Shown in pieces: positions 10,685-21,107 of a DNA stretch of 64,000 bases. The position numbers were made by a program, and so were the translations under genes. Source of the stretch: an uncultured delta proteobacterium (lineage in GTDB: Bacteria > Myxococcota_A > Polyangia > Polyangiales > Polyangiaceae); the NCBI GenBank assembly GCA_963696385.1, contig CAVOKF010000004.1, positions 832,001 to 896,000 of the forward strand, written 5' to 3'. The notes beneath the pieces were generated by a model. That model searched no databases and was not told the origin of the DNA. It saw only the letters and a program-made list of their open reading frames with translations. Positions within the stretch are counted from its first letter, which is position 1; the number at the start of each line of letters is the position of its first letter.

Positions 10685-11530
10685 CTACGGCCAGAAATCT
10701 TGGGTCGCCCACCACGATCCGTTCGAGGTTTGGTAAAAGCCACAAGCCACTTTCGTGTACTGAGCACTGGACATATTGAGCCAATGGTTGTCCTGTCCGG
10801 CCACAGGAGGTCCCTCGGCCCACATTTGGGCAAGGCACTTCGTGACGATGGAGGTGAGGCTTCCACCCCAGTCCGGGCACTCGTCCTGCGCTCGTTCGGA
10901 ACACTGCCCAAATGCCGAGTGGGCTGTATTGGACGCCTCGTCCGCCGCCGCCTGCCGGTCGACGCAACTTTCCTCGCCGGTGTCTTCGGCGAGAGGAGGG
11001 GATGGCGGATCGAGAGTGGCGCGGTCCTGATTGATGATTGCGACGCAGAGAGCTCTCGCCGACGCGAGCGCGTCCGCCCCGGCGGCTCCGTCCGATTCGA
11101 CGCCCGTCTCGGAAGAGCCGTCCAAGATCGGGGGCATTTCGGCGCCAAGAGTGACATCGCGCTCGCCGGCGTCCGACCCTCCGGCGCCCGCTTCCAGGAT
11201 AGGCGCGCTGGAGGCTGCGCTCGAGGATGCAGCGCGCGACGCTGCGCTGGAGGAGGCGGCGCTCGAAGCGGAGGACGGATCGCTCGAGGATGCAGCGCGC
11301 GACGCGGCGCTGGAGGAGGCGGCGCTGGACGCTGAGGACGGTTCGGTCGGGGGCAAAGCGCGCGACACGGCCTCCGACGATGGTCCGCTGGACGACGCCA
11401 TTTCCGTCCCGCGGTGGGTCATGGGGTCGGGCTGCGTAGTCGAGCCGCAAGCCACGGCGCTTGCGGTCGCCATCGTGGCGATCAGCGCTGCCCACGCAGA
11501 CCTCAAGCAACGCTTCGAAATCTGCTTCAT
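10685..11530 (-). CDS. CAP/SCP-domain lipoprotein with Ser/Ala-rich stalk
   Basis: Lipobox VAC, low-complexity linker, C-terminal CV..IN..RA...MWAEG...HW.NM....TKVACGF...W..QDF. Start uncertain. Confidence 0.7.
   Translation of the reverse strand: MKQISKRCLRSAWAALIATMATASAVACGSTTQPDPMTHRGTEMASSSGPSSEAVSRALPPTEPSSASSAASSSAASRAASSSDPSSASSAASSSAASRAASSSAASSAPILEAGAGGSDAGERDVTLGAEMPPILDGSSETGVESDGAAGADALASARALCVAIINQDRATLDPPSPPLAEDTGEESCVDRQAAADEASNTAHSAFGQCSERAQDECPDWGGSLTSIVTKCLAQMWAEGPPVAGQDNHWLNMSSAQYTKVACGFYQTSNGSWWATQDFWP
11218..11343. repeat. Two tandem 63-bp in-frame repeat units in the CAP-protein stalk
   Basis: Units 11218-11280 and 11281-11343 are near-identical and encode the duplicated [20 protein letters not shown] peptide. 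Confidence 0.85.
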
Positions 11531-11666
11531 TCGTCCGAGAAGATTCGGCACGATCGCAACAAGCGTGAAGTGCGGGGCACAAGGCCGGTGCGTCGGTGAC
11601 GTCACGACTCGCTTGTCGTCATCGGAAGTACGCCACAGCTGACCTCAAACGCGCCAGAGCAGCGCA

Positions 11667-11798
11667 TTGGCCGACGCTGTTGTCGCCGCAGCCGTGATCG
11701 GCGGATTCCTCTTCTCGGGCGCCGTGGGGATATTTTTCGGTTACGACCCGGCCGGTAAGGCATCGCACCTCAATCCGATCGAGGCGCTACGCTACGAG
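11667..11798 (+). pseudogene. Orphan C-terminal fragment of a MacB/FtsX-type ABC permease
   Basis: FLFSGAVGIFFGYDPAGKASHLNPIEALRYE matches the GI.FG.YPA.KA..L.PIEALRYE terminus. The rest of the gene is absent. Confidence 0.75.
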
Positions 11799-11874
11799 GG
11801 ATCGGGGTGGGACGCGGTGCGCGCTTTCGCGAGTCTTGCGCCCGTGAGGGCGTTCATGTCACGTTGGGCGATCC

Positions 11875-12894
11875 ATGCGATTCCACATCTTCAGCTCTCT
11901 CGCCGTGCCGGTCGGCCTCATGGTGGTCGCGTGCAAGTCGTCCTCACCCGCCGTTGCGGCCGACGCGAGCGGCGGCGCCGCCGCGACGCCCAACGAAGGC
12001 CCCGCAGTTGGGGGCCTTGCGTTCCTCGAGGGTTTCGAAGGTCAGATCGACGCGCAATTCGTGAAGGGCAGGCCCGGCGAGATTCCGACGGCGGTCGCCG
12101 CGCTGCTCAAGAGCGGCAAGTTCCGCTTCGACATTCCCGAGAAGCTCGCCGATAGCGCGCAAGGGCAGCGCTTTTTCGGGCCGAAGGCGTACGCCGTCTT
12201 CGACTCGTCGGCGAAGAAGCTCTCGGTCGTGTCCGACGCGAAAAGGCAGGTCGTCGTCATCGACATGAACAAGAGCGGCGAGCGCTTCAACGACGTGAGC
12301 CGCCGGCGGCCGCCATCGCCGGGGAGCAAGCCGGAGGAGAGGGAAAAGAAGATCGACAAGACGGGCAGGTTCGAGACTGTAGCGGGACGCAAGTGCGAGG
12401 ACTGGGACGTGTCGAGCGATCACCGCGAGGCGACGGTTTGCGTCGCGCACGATGGGATCTCTTGGTTCTCGCTGCCCGCCGCGGCACTTCCGACCGAGCA
12501 CGCATGGGCGCTCGAGCTCCTGGACGGCAAACATTTCCCGATGAAGTTCGTCGGCTACGACAAAGACGGAATGACCGAGGACTCGCGCTTCGAGATCACC
12601 AAGATGGAAAAGAAGAGCGTGCCGGATTCAGCCTTCGAGGTTCCCGCCGACTTCCAGGTGATGGATCTCGATCAGCTCATGCAAAGCTTCGCCGGAATGC
12701 GCAGGGGAATGGCCGGGGCCATGGGCGCGGGCCTGGGGGACAGTGCGGGCGCAACGGCTGCGACGCCCGGCGCAGGCGCGACGGCGCCCCCTATGCCGCC
12801 GGGCATGCCTTCGAACATCCCCGGGCTGACGCCCGACCAGATGCAGCAGATCCAGCAGCGGATGCAGCAGATGCAGCAGCGCCGGCCGCATTAG
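11875..12894 (+). CDS. DUF4412-like lipoprotein
   Basis: Lipobox VAC, KTG..ETVAG.KCE.W, EITK.EKK..PDSAFEVP..F, and a Met/Gln/Pro-rich tail. Confidence 0.7.
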   Translation: MRFHIFSSLAVPVGLMVVACKSSSPAVAADASGGAAATPNEGPAVGGLAFLEGFEGQIDAQFVKGRPGEIPTAVAALLKSGKFRFDIPEKLADSAQGQRFFGPKAYAVFDSSAKKLSVVSDAKRQVVVIDMNKSGERFNDVSRRRPPSPGSKPEEREKKIDKTGRFETVAGRKCEDWDVSSDHREATVCVAHDGISWFSLPAAALPTEHAWALELLDGKHFPMKFVGYDKDGMTEDSRFEITKMEKKSVPDSAFEVPADFQVMDLDQLMQSFAGMRRGMAGAMGAGLGDSAGATAATPGAGATAPPMPPGMPSNIPGLTPDQMQQIQQRMQQMQQRRPH

Positions 12895-12900
12895 GATTCG

Positions 12901-14133
12901 TTAGTAGGTCTGGACTCGGGATCCGGTCGTGAAGCTCCAGCTGACCGCGGCGGTTTGGCCGGAGATCGTGGCATCGAGGGTCACGGTGAACGCATGGTTC
13001 GGGGCCAGGCTCGCCTCCGGAACCAGGGCAATCTCGTTGTGCACGTATCCCGGCGCCGGGTCGTGTCCCGAGACATTGTCGGCATAAAACGTGAGAAGCG
13101 GCACGGCGGCGCCGATGTCGGTGTCCGTCAGCGTAGCCGACGACACGGCCGTAATGGCCGCGCCGCCGACGGTGCCCCATCCGTACCAGTTTGCCGTGAC
13201 GATGAAGCCAGCGTCCGGGCAGCTCGCCGCGCTCAGGGGATCGCTCGGCGCGGTCGGGCACGGATCCTCGTTGCCCACGAAATTCTCGGGGACGTCGGTC
13301 GTTCCGTTGGGCGGAAAGAGCACCGGCGATAAAACGCGCACACTGGTGGTGTTGCCCGTGGCGCCGTAGTCGAGACAGCTGTATCCCTGCGCCGACGCCG
13401 CGCCGACCTTCGTCAGACCGGGATCGAGCAGGGGAGTACGGTGATACAGGCTATTGATCCAATCGTCGACGGCTTGGCCGAGGCTTTGCCCGACGACTTG
13501 TCGATTCGACTCACTCTCTCCCCATGCAAGGTCCGATTCGACTCCCGCCTGCGCACCCCCGTCGGTCGCGCACGCCGGATACCCTGTTTCGGTGTGCTCC
13601 AAATAGCCGTTTCCGCCTCCGGCCGCGGCTGCACAAATCAAATATTGAAGATGCGTGGCGCAGCCCACGGAAGAGGCGGAATCAAGCGCGACGGGGCTCA
13701 GGCCAGCGAGCGCTCGGTACGCGTTGAGCTGAGCGAGACCGCCGTCAAGGGTCGCGTCGGCGGCGAACGCGGGGTAGACGAGCAGCCCCGGACCGGCCCC
13801 GTCGGCGCGGCTCGCCGCGTCGGCCTCACTCTCGAGCGCGTCGGCACCGTCGAGCGACGCCGCGACCGACGTCGCAGCGTCCCCTCCGCGGACGGTGCCG
13901 CCGTCTTCGACCGTTGCGTCCATCGATAGGGTATCGTTCGACGCGTCGACGCCGCGCAGATCCCCGGCATCGCCCGAGGCCGAAGCGCCCCCGCTCGAGC
14001 TGGAAGTCCCGCCGCTGCCTTGTTCGCCCGACGAGCTGCCGCTCGGCCTATCGGATGCGCCACCCGGAGGGCCCGAGCACGCCGCGACCGCCAGGATCGA
14101 GCCCAGCGCCAGCGGGCGCGCAGCACGGGGCAT
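12901..14133 (-). CDS. CAP/SCP-domain lipoprotein with acidic Gly/Ser stalk and Ig-like C-terminus
   Basis: Lipobox AAC, LN.YR.LAGL.PV, H..Y...H.E, WINSLYHR.PLL.P; ends WSFTTG. Confidence 0.8.
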   Translation of the reverse strand: MPRAARPLALGSILAVAACSGPPGGASDRPSGSSSGEQGSGGTSSSSGGASASGDAGDLRGVDASNDTLSMDATVEDGGTVRGGDAATSVAASLDGADALESEADAASRADGAGPGLLVYPAFAADATLDGGLAQLNAYRALAGLSPVALDSASSVGCATHLQYLICAAAAGGGNGYLEHTETGYPACATDGGAQAGVESDLAWGESESNRQVVGQSLGQAVDDWINSLYHRTPLLDPGLTKVGAASAQGYSCLDYGATGNTTSVRVLSPVLFPPNGTTDVPENFVGNEDPCPTAPSDPLSAASCPDAGFIVTANWYGWGTVGGAAITAVSSATLTDTDIGAAVPLLTFYADNVSGHDPAPGYVHNEIALVPEASLAPNHAFTVTLDATISGQTAAVSWSFTTGSRVQTY

Positions 14134-14485
14134 GAAACGCCTAACCGTAGAGAGGCAAGAGAGGCAGAAAAAACGACCGCCAGGCCGTGAGCACACCGAA
14201 GAAAAAGCCAAATTGCCTCTCACTGAAGATCTACACCCAGCTGCGTCCCGGGGCCTCATGAGGGAGGGGTAGTGCCCCTTCCTCGTTGGCAGCAGGCAGC
14301 GAGAGGTTCTCAGGCGTGCCGTGGCGATCCCCGTCGCCCCGCCGCGAGCCCCGGCATGCACACATCCCACTTCGCGGCGGACGGCACGACATGGGCGGGA
14401 AGGCCCGAGCGTCGTTCTGTGCCTTTTGGACGATCGTCTCTTCTCTTTAGGAGACGCGCGAGCGACCGCGCGGCGCTCCTTCGAA

Positions 14486-14878
14486 TCAATCGGTCGCGCC
14501 CGCGTCGCCTGTCTCGGAGCCCGCGGTCCATATCCCAGCCATGGTCGCGCACTGCTGCTCTCCGGTCGCGGCGCTGGTGTCGTAAAAGCATTGGTTGAAG
14601 TCGACGGAACCCGAAGTGGTCGCGCAGCAACCGACCGCGCCTTCCGGACACGCCGCAGCCGCGACGACGGTCCCCTGCTGGCTGGTGCAAAGCGAGGTCT
14701 GGTTCGCCACCTCCTTCGCAGTCAGGTTCGTTGAGGCCTGGCAGAAACTTGCGTCCCCCGGTTGCGGGATGGTGCAGACGACACCCCCGTCGGCGCTGGC
14801 CTTGTGGGCCGCCCCTGGGGAAATCAAGCAACCCGCTGCGAGCGTGGCAACAGGAAACGCGACGATCCAAAATTTCAT
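14486..14878 (-). CDS. Small Cys-rich lipoprotein
   Basis: Lipobox AAGC, multiple Cys, AAAGGAG Shine-Dalgarno just upstream. Confidence 0.75.
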   Translation of the reverse strand: MKFWIVAFPVATLAAGCLISPGAAHKASADGGVVCTIPQPGDASFCQASTNLTAKEVANQTSLCTSQQGTVVAAAACPEGAVGCCATTSGSVDFNQCFYDTSAATGEQQCATMAGIWTAGSETGDAGATD

Positions 14879-15334
14879 CCAGACTCCTTTGAGGTAAAGC
14901 CCTCCTTTCTACACTCCGCGCTTGGGGCCGCCTAGCCCTGCGGTTCCGGCGCCTTTGCCGAGTGGTGCATCCCACAAGAACCATTGCGCTTATGGACTCG
15001 CGCGACTTGCAAAACGGGACCGTGAGAGCTCCCGCCCGGGCGCCCAGGCAGGCTCGCATTCCGAAGCGGCCCCCCGCCCGTCCTGAGGCATGGGCCGGAA
15101 CCCGGGCTGCAGAAAGCTGAGGCCCCGCGGCCGGCAAGTCAACGCGCTCAAGGGCGCGCTCACGCCAGCAAGCGCGCGAGAACGGACCGGTAAGACGCGG
15201 CAAGAGTTCCTGCGCGCACGTGGTGCGTCCGGGTGTTCGGACGCGGATGCCAACGCGGGTTCGCGTCCGCCGGGTCGCCGACGCCGTAACGGCAGGAGGC
15301 GAGCCACCAAACCAGCCCCGCGCGGCCGGCGCGG

Positions 15335-16756
15335 TTACTTTCCGTACCCCGCAGCCACGATGTTGGCTTGGACGGCGTTAAGGGTCGCTACGGTCGCAGC
15401 CCCGGTGGTCATGACCCCTTCCCAGAACTCTCCCGCCGCACCATTGCTGTTGTCGCCTCCGATTCCGAGGATGATGGCGCCCTGCTTCTTCATAGGGGCA
15501 TAGCCGTTGGGACGTGCTCCGTCATACATCGTCGCCAGAGTACCCGTCGTCGCATCGCCGCCATAGAGGGCAAAACTTCCCGGGGCCGCCCCCAATCGGC
15601 CGACCACCACAGCCGTAGCGAAATTGTAGGGGAGAGACATGTTGGTCGCAACCCCCTTGGCCTCTTTGGCTCCGTTTGCGTCCACGCCGGCACATAGGCC
15701 GTTTTCGATATCGACCTCGACCCAGGGGCCGGGGCCGACACCGGTGGCCTGACCGCTGCCCCCTCCAAAATAGACCGCCTCCATGGTGGCATCGCCGTCG
15801 TCACGGTTGTTCGTTTCGGCGTTGCCGTAGTCGTAGCAGCACCCGTTGACCAAATCGTTCTGGCTCGACACCATATATTCGGTCTCTGCTTCGTCGCCGG
15901 TTGCGGTGCCGGTTGCGGTGTCGTTCCGGTAGCCCATGCCCACGCGAATGCGGACGCCGTAGACTTCGTGGCCGCTCGCCGTAGTGGGAAGATCGGTCGC
16001 ATTCGCCGGCTTGTCCGCCCCGCTGCCGTGCTGGCCGGCGGGTCCGGGAGTGAGATGATTGCCCTGCGAGGACTGGTCGTAAATGGTGGTGATGGTGCAT
16101 GTCGTGCCCGCGCAAAACGTGTCTTGCGCTGCGCCGTTGGCGAAGCCCCCGGCGGCCAGAACCCCGATGTCCTTGGTCGTGTTGTCCGACGCGCGCGTGA
16201 CTTGGTAAAGATTCCCGTTGTACGCGCTGTAGAGGGCCCGCACCGTGCTGTGCGCGGCGACGCACGGGGTGCTTGCCGCGGCGAAGATGTCACAAACCCC
16301 ACCCCCGGTCGCCGGCGGTGCCCCGCCGCTGTCAGGGCCGGCGCCCTCCTTGCCGCCCTCACCCGTCGCGTTGCCCGCGCCGCTGTCGCTGCCTTGGGAC
16401 GGAATCGGTCCGCTGTCGATGTCGCCAGCTGGGCCGCTGCTGCTGCTGGAGGAGCTCGTAGGAGCGGCGCTGGTGCCAGCGGAGCTGGTCGGGGCGGTGC
16501 TGGTGCCAGCGGAGCTCGTCGGGGCGCTGCTGCCTGCGGTGCTCGTCGCGCTGGGGGCGGGGTTGCTCGAGCTAGCCCCCGTTGCCCCCTGCGTCGTCGA
16601 GGATGCACCGCCGCCGCTATCGTCCGTGTTGATGCCGCCGGTGGAAGGGCCCTCGTCGGAACCCGAGTGCGACGAGCCGCACGCGATCAGCAGTGCCGCG
16701 AGAGAAAAGGAGGAGCGCCGAAGAAGGCGCGTGTTGAGGTGGGATCGAGAAGCCAT
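15335..16756 (-). CDS. GH54 alpha-L-arabinofuranosidase B catalytic-domain lipoprotein
   Basis: CDI....TPCVAAHST.RALY, QD.FC..T.C.IT.IYDQS, GCC.DYGNAE, MEAVYFG and KQGAIILGIGGDNS; lipobox IAC plus Ser/Thr stalk. Confidence 0.92.
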   Translation of the reverse strand: MASRSHLNTRLLRRSSFSLAALLIACGSSHSGSDEGPSTGGINTDDSGGGASSTTQGATGASSSNPAPSATSTAGSSAPTSSAGTSTAPTSSAGTSAAPTSSSSSSSGPAGDIDSGPIPSQGSDSGAGNATGEGGKEGAGPDSGGAPPATGGGVCDIFAAASTPCVAAHSTVRALYSAYNGNLYQVTRASDNTTKDIGVLAAGGFANGAAQDTFCAGTTCTITTIYDQSSQGNHLTPGPAGQHGSGADKPANATDLPTTASGHEVYGVRIRVGMGYRNDTATGTATGDEAETEYMVSSQNDLVNGCCYDYGNAETNNRDDGDATMEAVYFGGGSGQATGVGPGPWVEVDIENGLCAGVDANGAKEAKGVATNMSLPYNFATAVVVGRLGAAPGSFALYGGDATTGTLATMYDGARPNGYAPMKKQGAIILGIGGDNSNGAAGEFWEGVMTTGAATVATLNAVQANIVAAGYGK

Positions 16757-17091
16757 CGTTGCCGCCAGCCGGATTCAAGGGGTTATGGGTCAAGAACAAA
16801 TCGTATTCACACGGATTCACGCCTTCAGTATCCGGGTGGGCGAAAGCGGCTCACAAACGCCGTGGTCGTCGCTTCGGCCGGGTAGCCGATCGAGGCCGCC
16901 ACGACATCTCGTTGCCCGCAACGCGATGAAAGCCCGTTAAATTTCCGTTCATCGCCCTCATGGGACGTGGGTCCCGGGTCTTGCGTTACCGGCCCCGTGC
17001 GGCCTCTTCAGGCGACTCCACACGCCGTCCGCGAGCCGTGGCGATTCGCGCCCCGCCGACGCGCTTCAGCTGTTTCGTTCCGGACTTTCAT

Positions 17092-17625
17092 TTAGGGCGT
17101 GCCCGGCGGGTTCGGCGGGTGATGGAGCAAATGGTGATCCACGTCGGCGCTCAGCGGATTGTCCGGATACTTCTCGAGCATGTCCCGGGCTTCTTCCTCG
17201 GCTTCTTGGTAGCGGTCCATGTTGGCCAGCGCCTTGACGACGTTCCATTCGAACTCGGGCGCGTGGGGGCTATCGGGAAAGCGAGCGCGCGCTTCTCTCG
17301 CCAATTTCAGCGACTGAGGAGGATCCGACGCCGCCAGGTCGTGCAGCTTGGCGATGAGCGACGCCTCGTCGAGGCGTTCCGAAGCCGCCGGCTCCGCAGG
17401 TCGCGGCCTGGGTGCCGCCGTGGGCACCGGCGCGGGCAACGCCGGCAGAGGCTCTCGAACGGCCTCCGGTGGTACGGCGGGGGGTTCGGGGATCGACGTT
17501 TGCGCCTGGGGCGGCGCAGGCCCGGTCGCCTTCGCGCGCTTGTCGTCGCGCGAGAACATGCCAAAGACGATCGCGATCGCTATCGTCGCTGCGGCTAGGA
17601 CAAGGAGGATTGCGGGCTTGGACAC
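17092..17625 (-). CDS. Membrane-anchored hypothetical protein with Pro-rich linker and TPR-like C-terminus
   Basis: N-terminal TM helix; helical repeats RFPDSP and KYPDNP. Confidence 0.6.
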   Translation of the reverse strand: MSKPAILLVLAAATIAIAIVFGMFSRDDKRAKATGPAPPQAQTSIPEPPAVPPEAVREPLPALPAPVPTAAPRPRPAEPAASERLDEASLIAKLHDLAASDPPQSLKLAREARARFPDSPHAPEFEWNVVKALANMDRYQEAEEEARDMLEKYPDNPLSADVDHHLLHHPPNPPGTP

Positions 17626-17687
17626 GGCCTCTTCGACGGCGGACTGTAGCGTCGCCCAAGCGGAACCGACCGCTTCAAGCGAGTCGT

Positions 17688-19076
17688 CTACTTGAGATCG
17701 GGCACCAAATCGCGCGTGATGGTGTGCGAGTCGGTCATGCCGGCCTTGACGGTAGACGCCGCCATGGTCTCGTATCCCGCCCAGACATTCCACAACACGA
17801 AGGGCGATGCGGGAAACCAGGCCGCAGGGCTCACGGCGTTGGACTCGTGAAGGGCAATGGGCATGGTGCTTCCCACGACCGTTTTGACGTCGTCGAAGGC
17901 GGTGGCATCGTCCGAGTAATCCGGACCCGAGAGATCGACCATCGCCTTGCCCGGGAAATACGGCGCGATCGGAGCGGTGACGCCCGTGAGGCCGCTATAG
18001 GGCATGAGCCAGACGATGTTCGTGAGTCCCTTGGTGGTCGTCAGATACGTGAACGCATACTTCCAAAGGGCTGCGTACTGAGCTCCGGTTCCCTTGCTCC
18101 ACCAGAACCAGCCATTGGGCTGCGCCTCGTGGAAGAGCGCCAAGATGACCGGCACGTTGGCGGTCTGCATCGCCCCGATTTGAACCGCCATATAATCGAG
18201 CTTGGAATTGAGGGAGGTGTTCTCGGCCGTGCCCGCGGTGACGGCGTTATCGAGAGTGGTGGCGCCGGGAGTCGACTCGGCGCAATCGGTCCCCGTGTAG
18301 CAGTCCTGCTGGCAGGTCAGCCCTGCCGCCGGCATCCCCATATGGTAACGAACCATGGTCAGCCCACCCGCGTTCCAATAGGCAATGGCACGGGTCGTGG
18401 TGGAGCTGACGGCCGTGCAGGTGGCGCCGGTGTCGTGGTACAGGAAATCGCCCCCGAGGATGGCCGGATACTTCAAACCGTTGGTGGCATACCACGTGAT
18501 GTCGCCCGCCGGATTGTCCCAACTGGTTTCCTGCTGTCCGGACAAGACGTGGTTGCCGTACAGGCTATAGATGTAACAGAGAAGCTTCTGCGCCTGAGTC
18601 GAGGCGTTGGGTGTGACCGGCGTCGCGCTGCAAGGTGAGGTGGTCCCCCCTTCCGGACCGCCGCCCGCCACGGACGCGCTCGAGCTCGAGCTTGAGCCCG
18701 CGTCGTCCTGGCCGCCGCCCGGCATCACCAGGGTCGCGCTGGACGAGCTCGACCCCCCGGTCATCGGGGTCGTTGCCGCGGAACTCGAACTGGACGAGCT
18801 CGTGCCGGTCACGGGCGGCGACCCGGACCCGCTAGAACTGGATGACGTGGGAGCGCCCGAACCGGGACCACTTGAGCCGCTCGACCCCACGTCGGTCGCT
18901 CCGATGTTGCTCGAGCTGGAGCTCGATTCGTACGCGGGCGTCCCGGTGGACCCGGAGGAGCTCGGCCCGCTGGAACCTGCGGTGTCCCCCGAGGGGCCCC
19001 CATCCGACGAGCTTCCGCAGCCCGCAAAAGAACCAGCGACCCCACATAAAATTGCAATGGCCGTTCGAAGATGCAT
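17688..19076 (-). CDS. GH26 (beta-mannanase-like) lipoprotein
   Basis: TPNA...A.KL, LSGQ, PAI.G.DF, VPVI...HE...WFWW, NIVW, YFPG...VD..G.D, PIAL.E; lipobox FAGC plus Ser stalk. Confidence 0.85.
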   Translation of the reverse strand: MHLRTAIAILCGVAGSFAGCGSSSDGGPSGDTAGSSGPSSSGSTGTPAYESSSSSSNIGATDVGSSGSSGPGSGAPTSSSSSGSGSPPVTGTSSSSSSSAATTPMTGGSSSSSATLVMPGGGQDDAGSSSSSSASVAGGGPEGGTTSPCSATPVTPNASTQAQKLLCYIYSLYGNHVLSGQQETSWDNPAGDITWYATNGLKYPAILGGDFLYHDTGATCTAVSSTTTRAIAYWNAGGLTMVRYHMGMPAAGLTCQQDCYTGTDCAESTPGATTLDNAVTAGTAENTSLNSKLDYMAVQIGAMQTANVPVILALFHEAQPNGWFWWSKGTGAQYAALWKYAFTYLTTTKGLTNIVWLMPYSGLTGVTAPIAPYFPGKAMVDLSGPDYSDDATAFDDVKTVVGSTMPIALHESNAVSPAAWFPASPFVLWNVWAGYETMAASTVKAGMTDSHTITRDLVPDLK

Positions 19077-19331
19077 AGCGTTACCTGTGCGGACGCCGAT
19101 GCCGCACCGAACGGCTCACGCCCGTCGCAATTGCATTGTCACATAAATTGTGCGCCTGCGTTGGAGCGCTAGGGTCCAATTCGTGGCCGCCTCCGGGACC
19201 TTGCCGATCCCCTTTCCAGCGTGGCAGCCGAGAAAAACGGAACACGCGTTCACGCTCGGCGCTGCCACGGGCTCAGCGTGCGCGATCCGGGCTCCCCCAT
19301 TCTTCGAAACATGGGTCCCTCGCCAGAAGGC

Positions 19332-21107
19332 CTAATTCACGCAAATGCCGTTCACGCAGTTCGGGGGACCGTCTTGGCAGTCGTTGCTGTTTCCGCAGAG
19401 CTGCACCTGCGTCGTGTAGTCGCATCCGACCAGGCAGGACGGGGTAATGGTGCCGCCGGCATCCGGATTGTTTTCGCAGCAGACACTGGGATCGCCGCAC
19501 ATGGTCGCGCCGCACTGAATCGACTTCGAGGCCCCGCCGCCGTTTCCGGCGTCGCCCGAAGCGCCGGCGTCGGTCGAAGCGACTCCGGTCGAAGCGCCGC
19601 CGTCGATGGCCGGGATAGGGATGGGGGCAAGTGCCTCGACAGCGCCAGGCCTCAAATATTTGGCCAGCGGGAGACCCTGGCTCTGGATGCTGCCGGCCAC
19701 CAAGGCCGCGATCTTTTGCGCGCCCACGAGGTTGGTGTGCGTGGCGTCGCTGTCATTCGCGTGGAATTTGAGGCAAGCCGCCTGCAATCCGAGCGTGTTG
19801 TACCAGTCGACCGTCATGTCCGTGAGCGGGATGTACCCGACGTTGTGCGCCGCGGCGGCCGCCTTCGCCGCCACTTCGTGAAGGCTCGACTGGTCGCCGT
19901 CCGTTGTCCCGTTGCCAAACTGCACCCGCGCAGGGGGTGAAACGATGATGGGCGTGACGTTCGCCGCCAGAGCGTCGGTGATGTACTTCTCGAGGTTCGC
20001 CTGGACGGTCGCGTCCGGAACGCCCTTGTCGTTGTGGCCGAATTGGATGATCGCGTAGTCGCCGGCCGTCCAACGCGACTTGATGTCGCCCCAGTACGCC
20101 CCGTAGAAGGAAGACGAGCTCGCGCCGCTGTTGCCCCAGTTGGAAATTCCGATCGGCGGAAGGAAGAACTCGGGCAGCATTTGACCCCAGCCACCGAACG
20201 CGCCGCCGGTTTGGTCGCATTCCGTCGAATCGCTGGCCAAGTAGACCATGATCGGCTTGGTCGCCGCGGTGGCGAGCTGGTATCCGATCGCGGACACTTG
20301 CGGGGGAGTGGCCGCCGGCCCATAAAAGAAGAGATCGAGCCCGGGATATCCGCCGGGCCCACCCGCGTGGTCCGGCTGGCCCTCCATCGCCCGGGCGTTG
20401 ACGACGAAGGAAAATTCGAGGGTCTGTCCAGCCGTCGTGGTCACGGGGGCCAAAAGGCCGCGCTCCGACTCCGCGCTGATGTACGTCGAGCCTGCCGCGG
20501 CGCCGCCCACATCCACGGTCACGAGATAATTCCCGGCCTCCGACGTCCCGTCCGCGGTCGGCGTCTCGGTGGTGTTATAAGTGGATCCGCCGAACAGGCA
20601 TTCGATGCACACGCCGGTGGTGTCCTGCCCGGCGCACGCATTGATCGCGCCGCTGGTTGGCATCTGCGAGCCGGCGCCTACGGCGACCTTCTGGCACATC
20701 GCGTAGTTGGCCGCGGTCGGCATAGGAAAGCCGGCCGCTATGCCCGTGCCCGAGCCCAAGGCCGTACCGGCTTCCGAGCCCCCACTCGAACCCGGCGCCG
20801 AGTCGGACACGCTTGCGTCAGCTGCGCCCGTCGACACGGACGACCCGGACGAACCTGAACCCGTGCTGGACCCCGCTGTTGAGCCGGAAGACGTTCCCGA
20901 ATTCGACGTCGTTCCCGTATTGGTGGGGACGGTCGTCGTGCCCGAAGAGCCTGGCATTGCCGCGTCGTCGGCGGGTGTGGTGTCTCCGCTCGGGGCTCCC
21001 GAATTGGGCGGGGCTGAGCCACCGCTTCCGGAACAGGCCGTCGGGCCAATCGGGCCAAGAAGAGTCAATAAGGGGATCCATGAAAAACGTTGCTGTCCGA
21101 TGGCCAT
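19332..21107 (-). CDS. CE12 rhamnogalacturonan acetylesterase-like SGNH lipoprotein
   Basis: YLASDST, GWGQML, SGASSSSF, GDY.IIQFGHND and D.THTN..GA; N-terminal stalk, C-terminal Cys-rich module. Confidence 0.85.
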   Translation of the reverse strand: MAIGQQRFSWIPLLTLLGPIGPTACSGSGGSAPPNSGAPSGDTTPADDAAMPGSSGTTTVPTNTGTTSNSGTSSGSTAGSSTGSGSSGSSVSTGAADASVSDSAPGSSGGSEAGTALGSGTGIAAGFPMPTAANYAMCQKVAVGAGSQMPTSGAINACAGQDTTGVCIECLFGGSTYNTTETPTADGTSEAGNYLVTVDVGGAAAGSTYISAESERGLLAPVTTTAGQTLEFSFVVNARAMEGQPDHAGGPGGYPGLDLFFYGPAATPPQVSAIGYQLATAATKPIMVYLASDSTECDQTGGAFGGWGQMLPEFFLPPIGISNWGNSGASSSSFYGAYWGDIKSRWTAGDYAIIQFGHNDKGVPDATVQANLEKYITDALAANVTPIIVSPPARVQFGNGTTDGDQSSLHEVAAKAAAAAHNVGYIPLTDMTVDWYNTLGLQAACLKFHANDSDATHTNLVGAQKIAALVAGSIQSQGLPLAKYLRPGAVEALAPIPIPAIDGGASTGVASTDAGASGDAGNGGGASKSIQCGATMCGDPSVCCENNPDAGGTITPSCLVGCDYTTQVQLCGNSNDCQDGPPNCVNGICVN

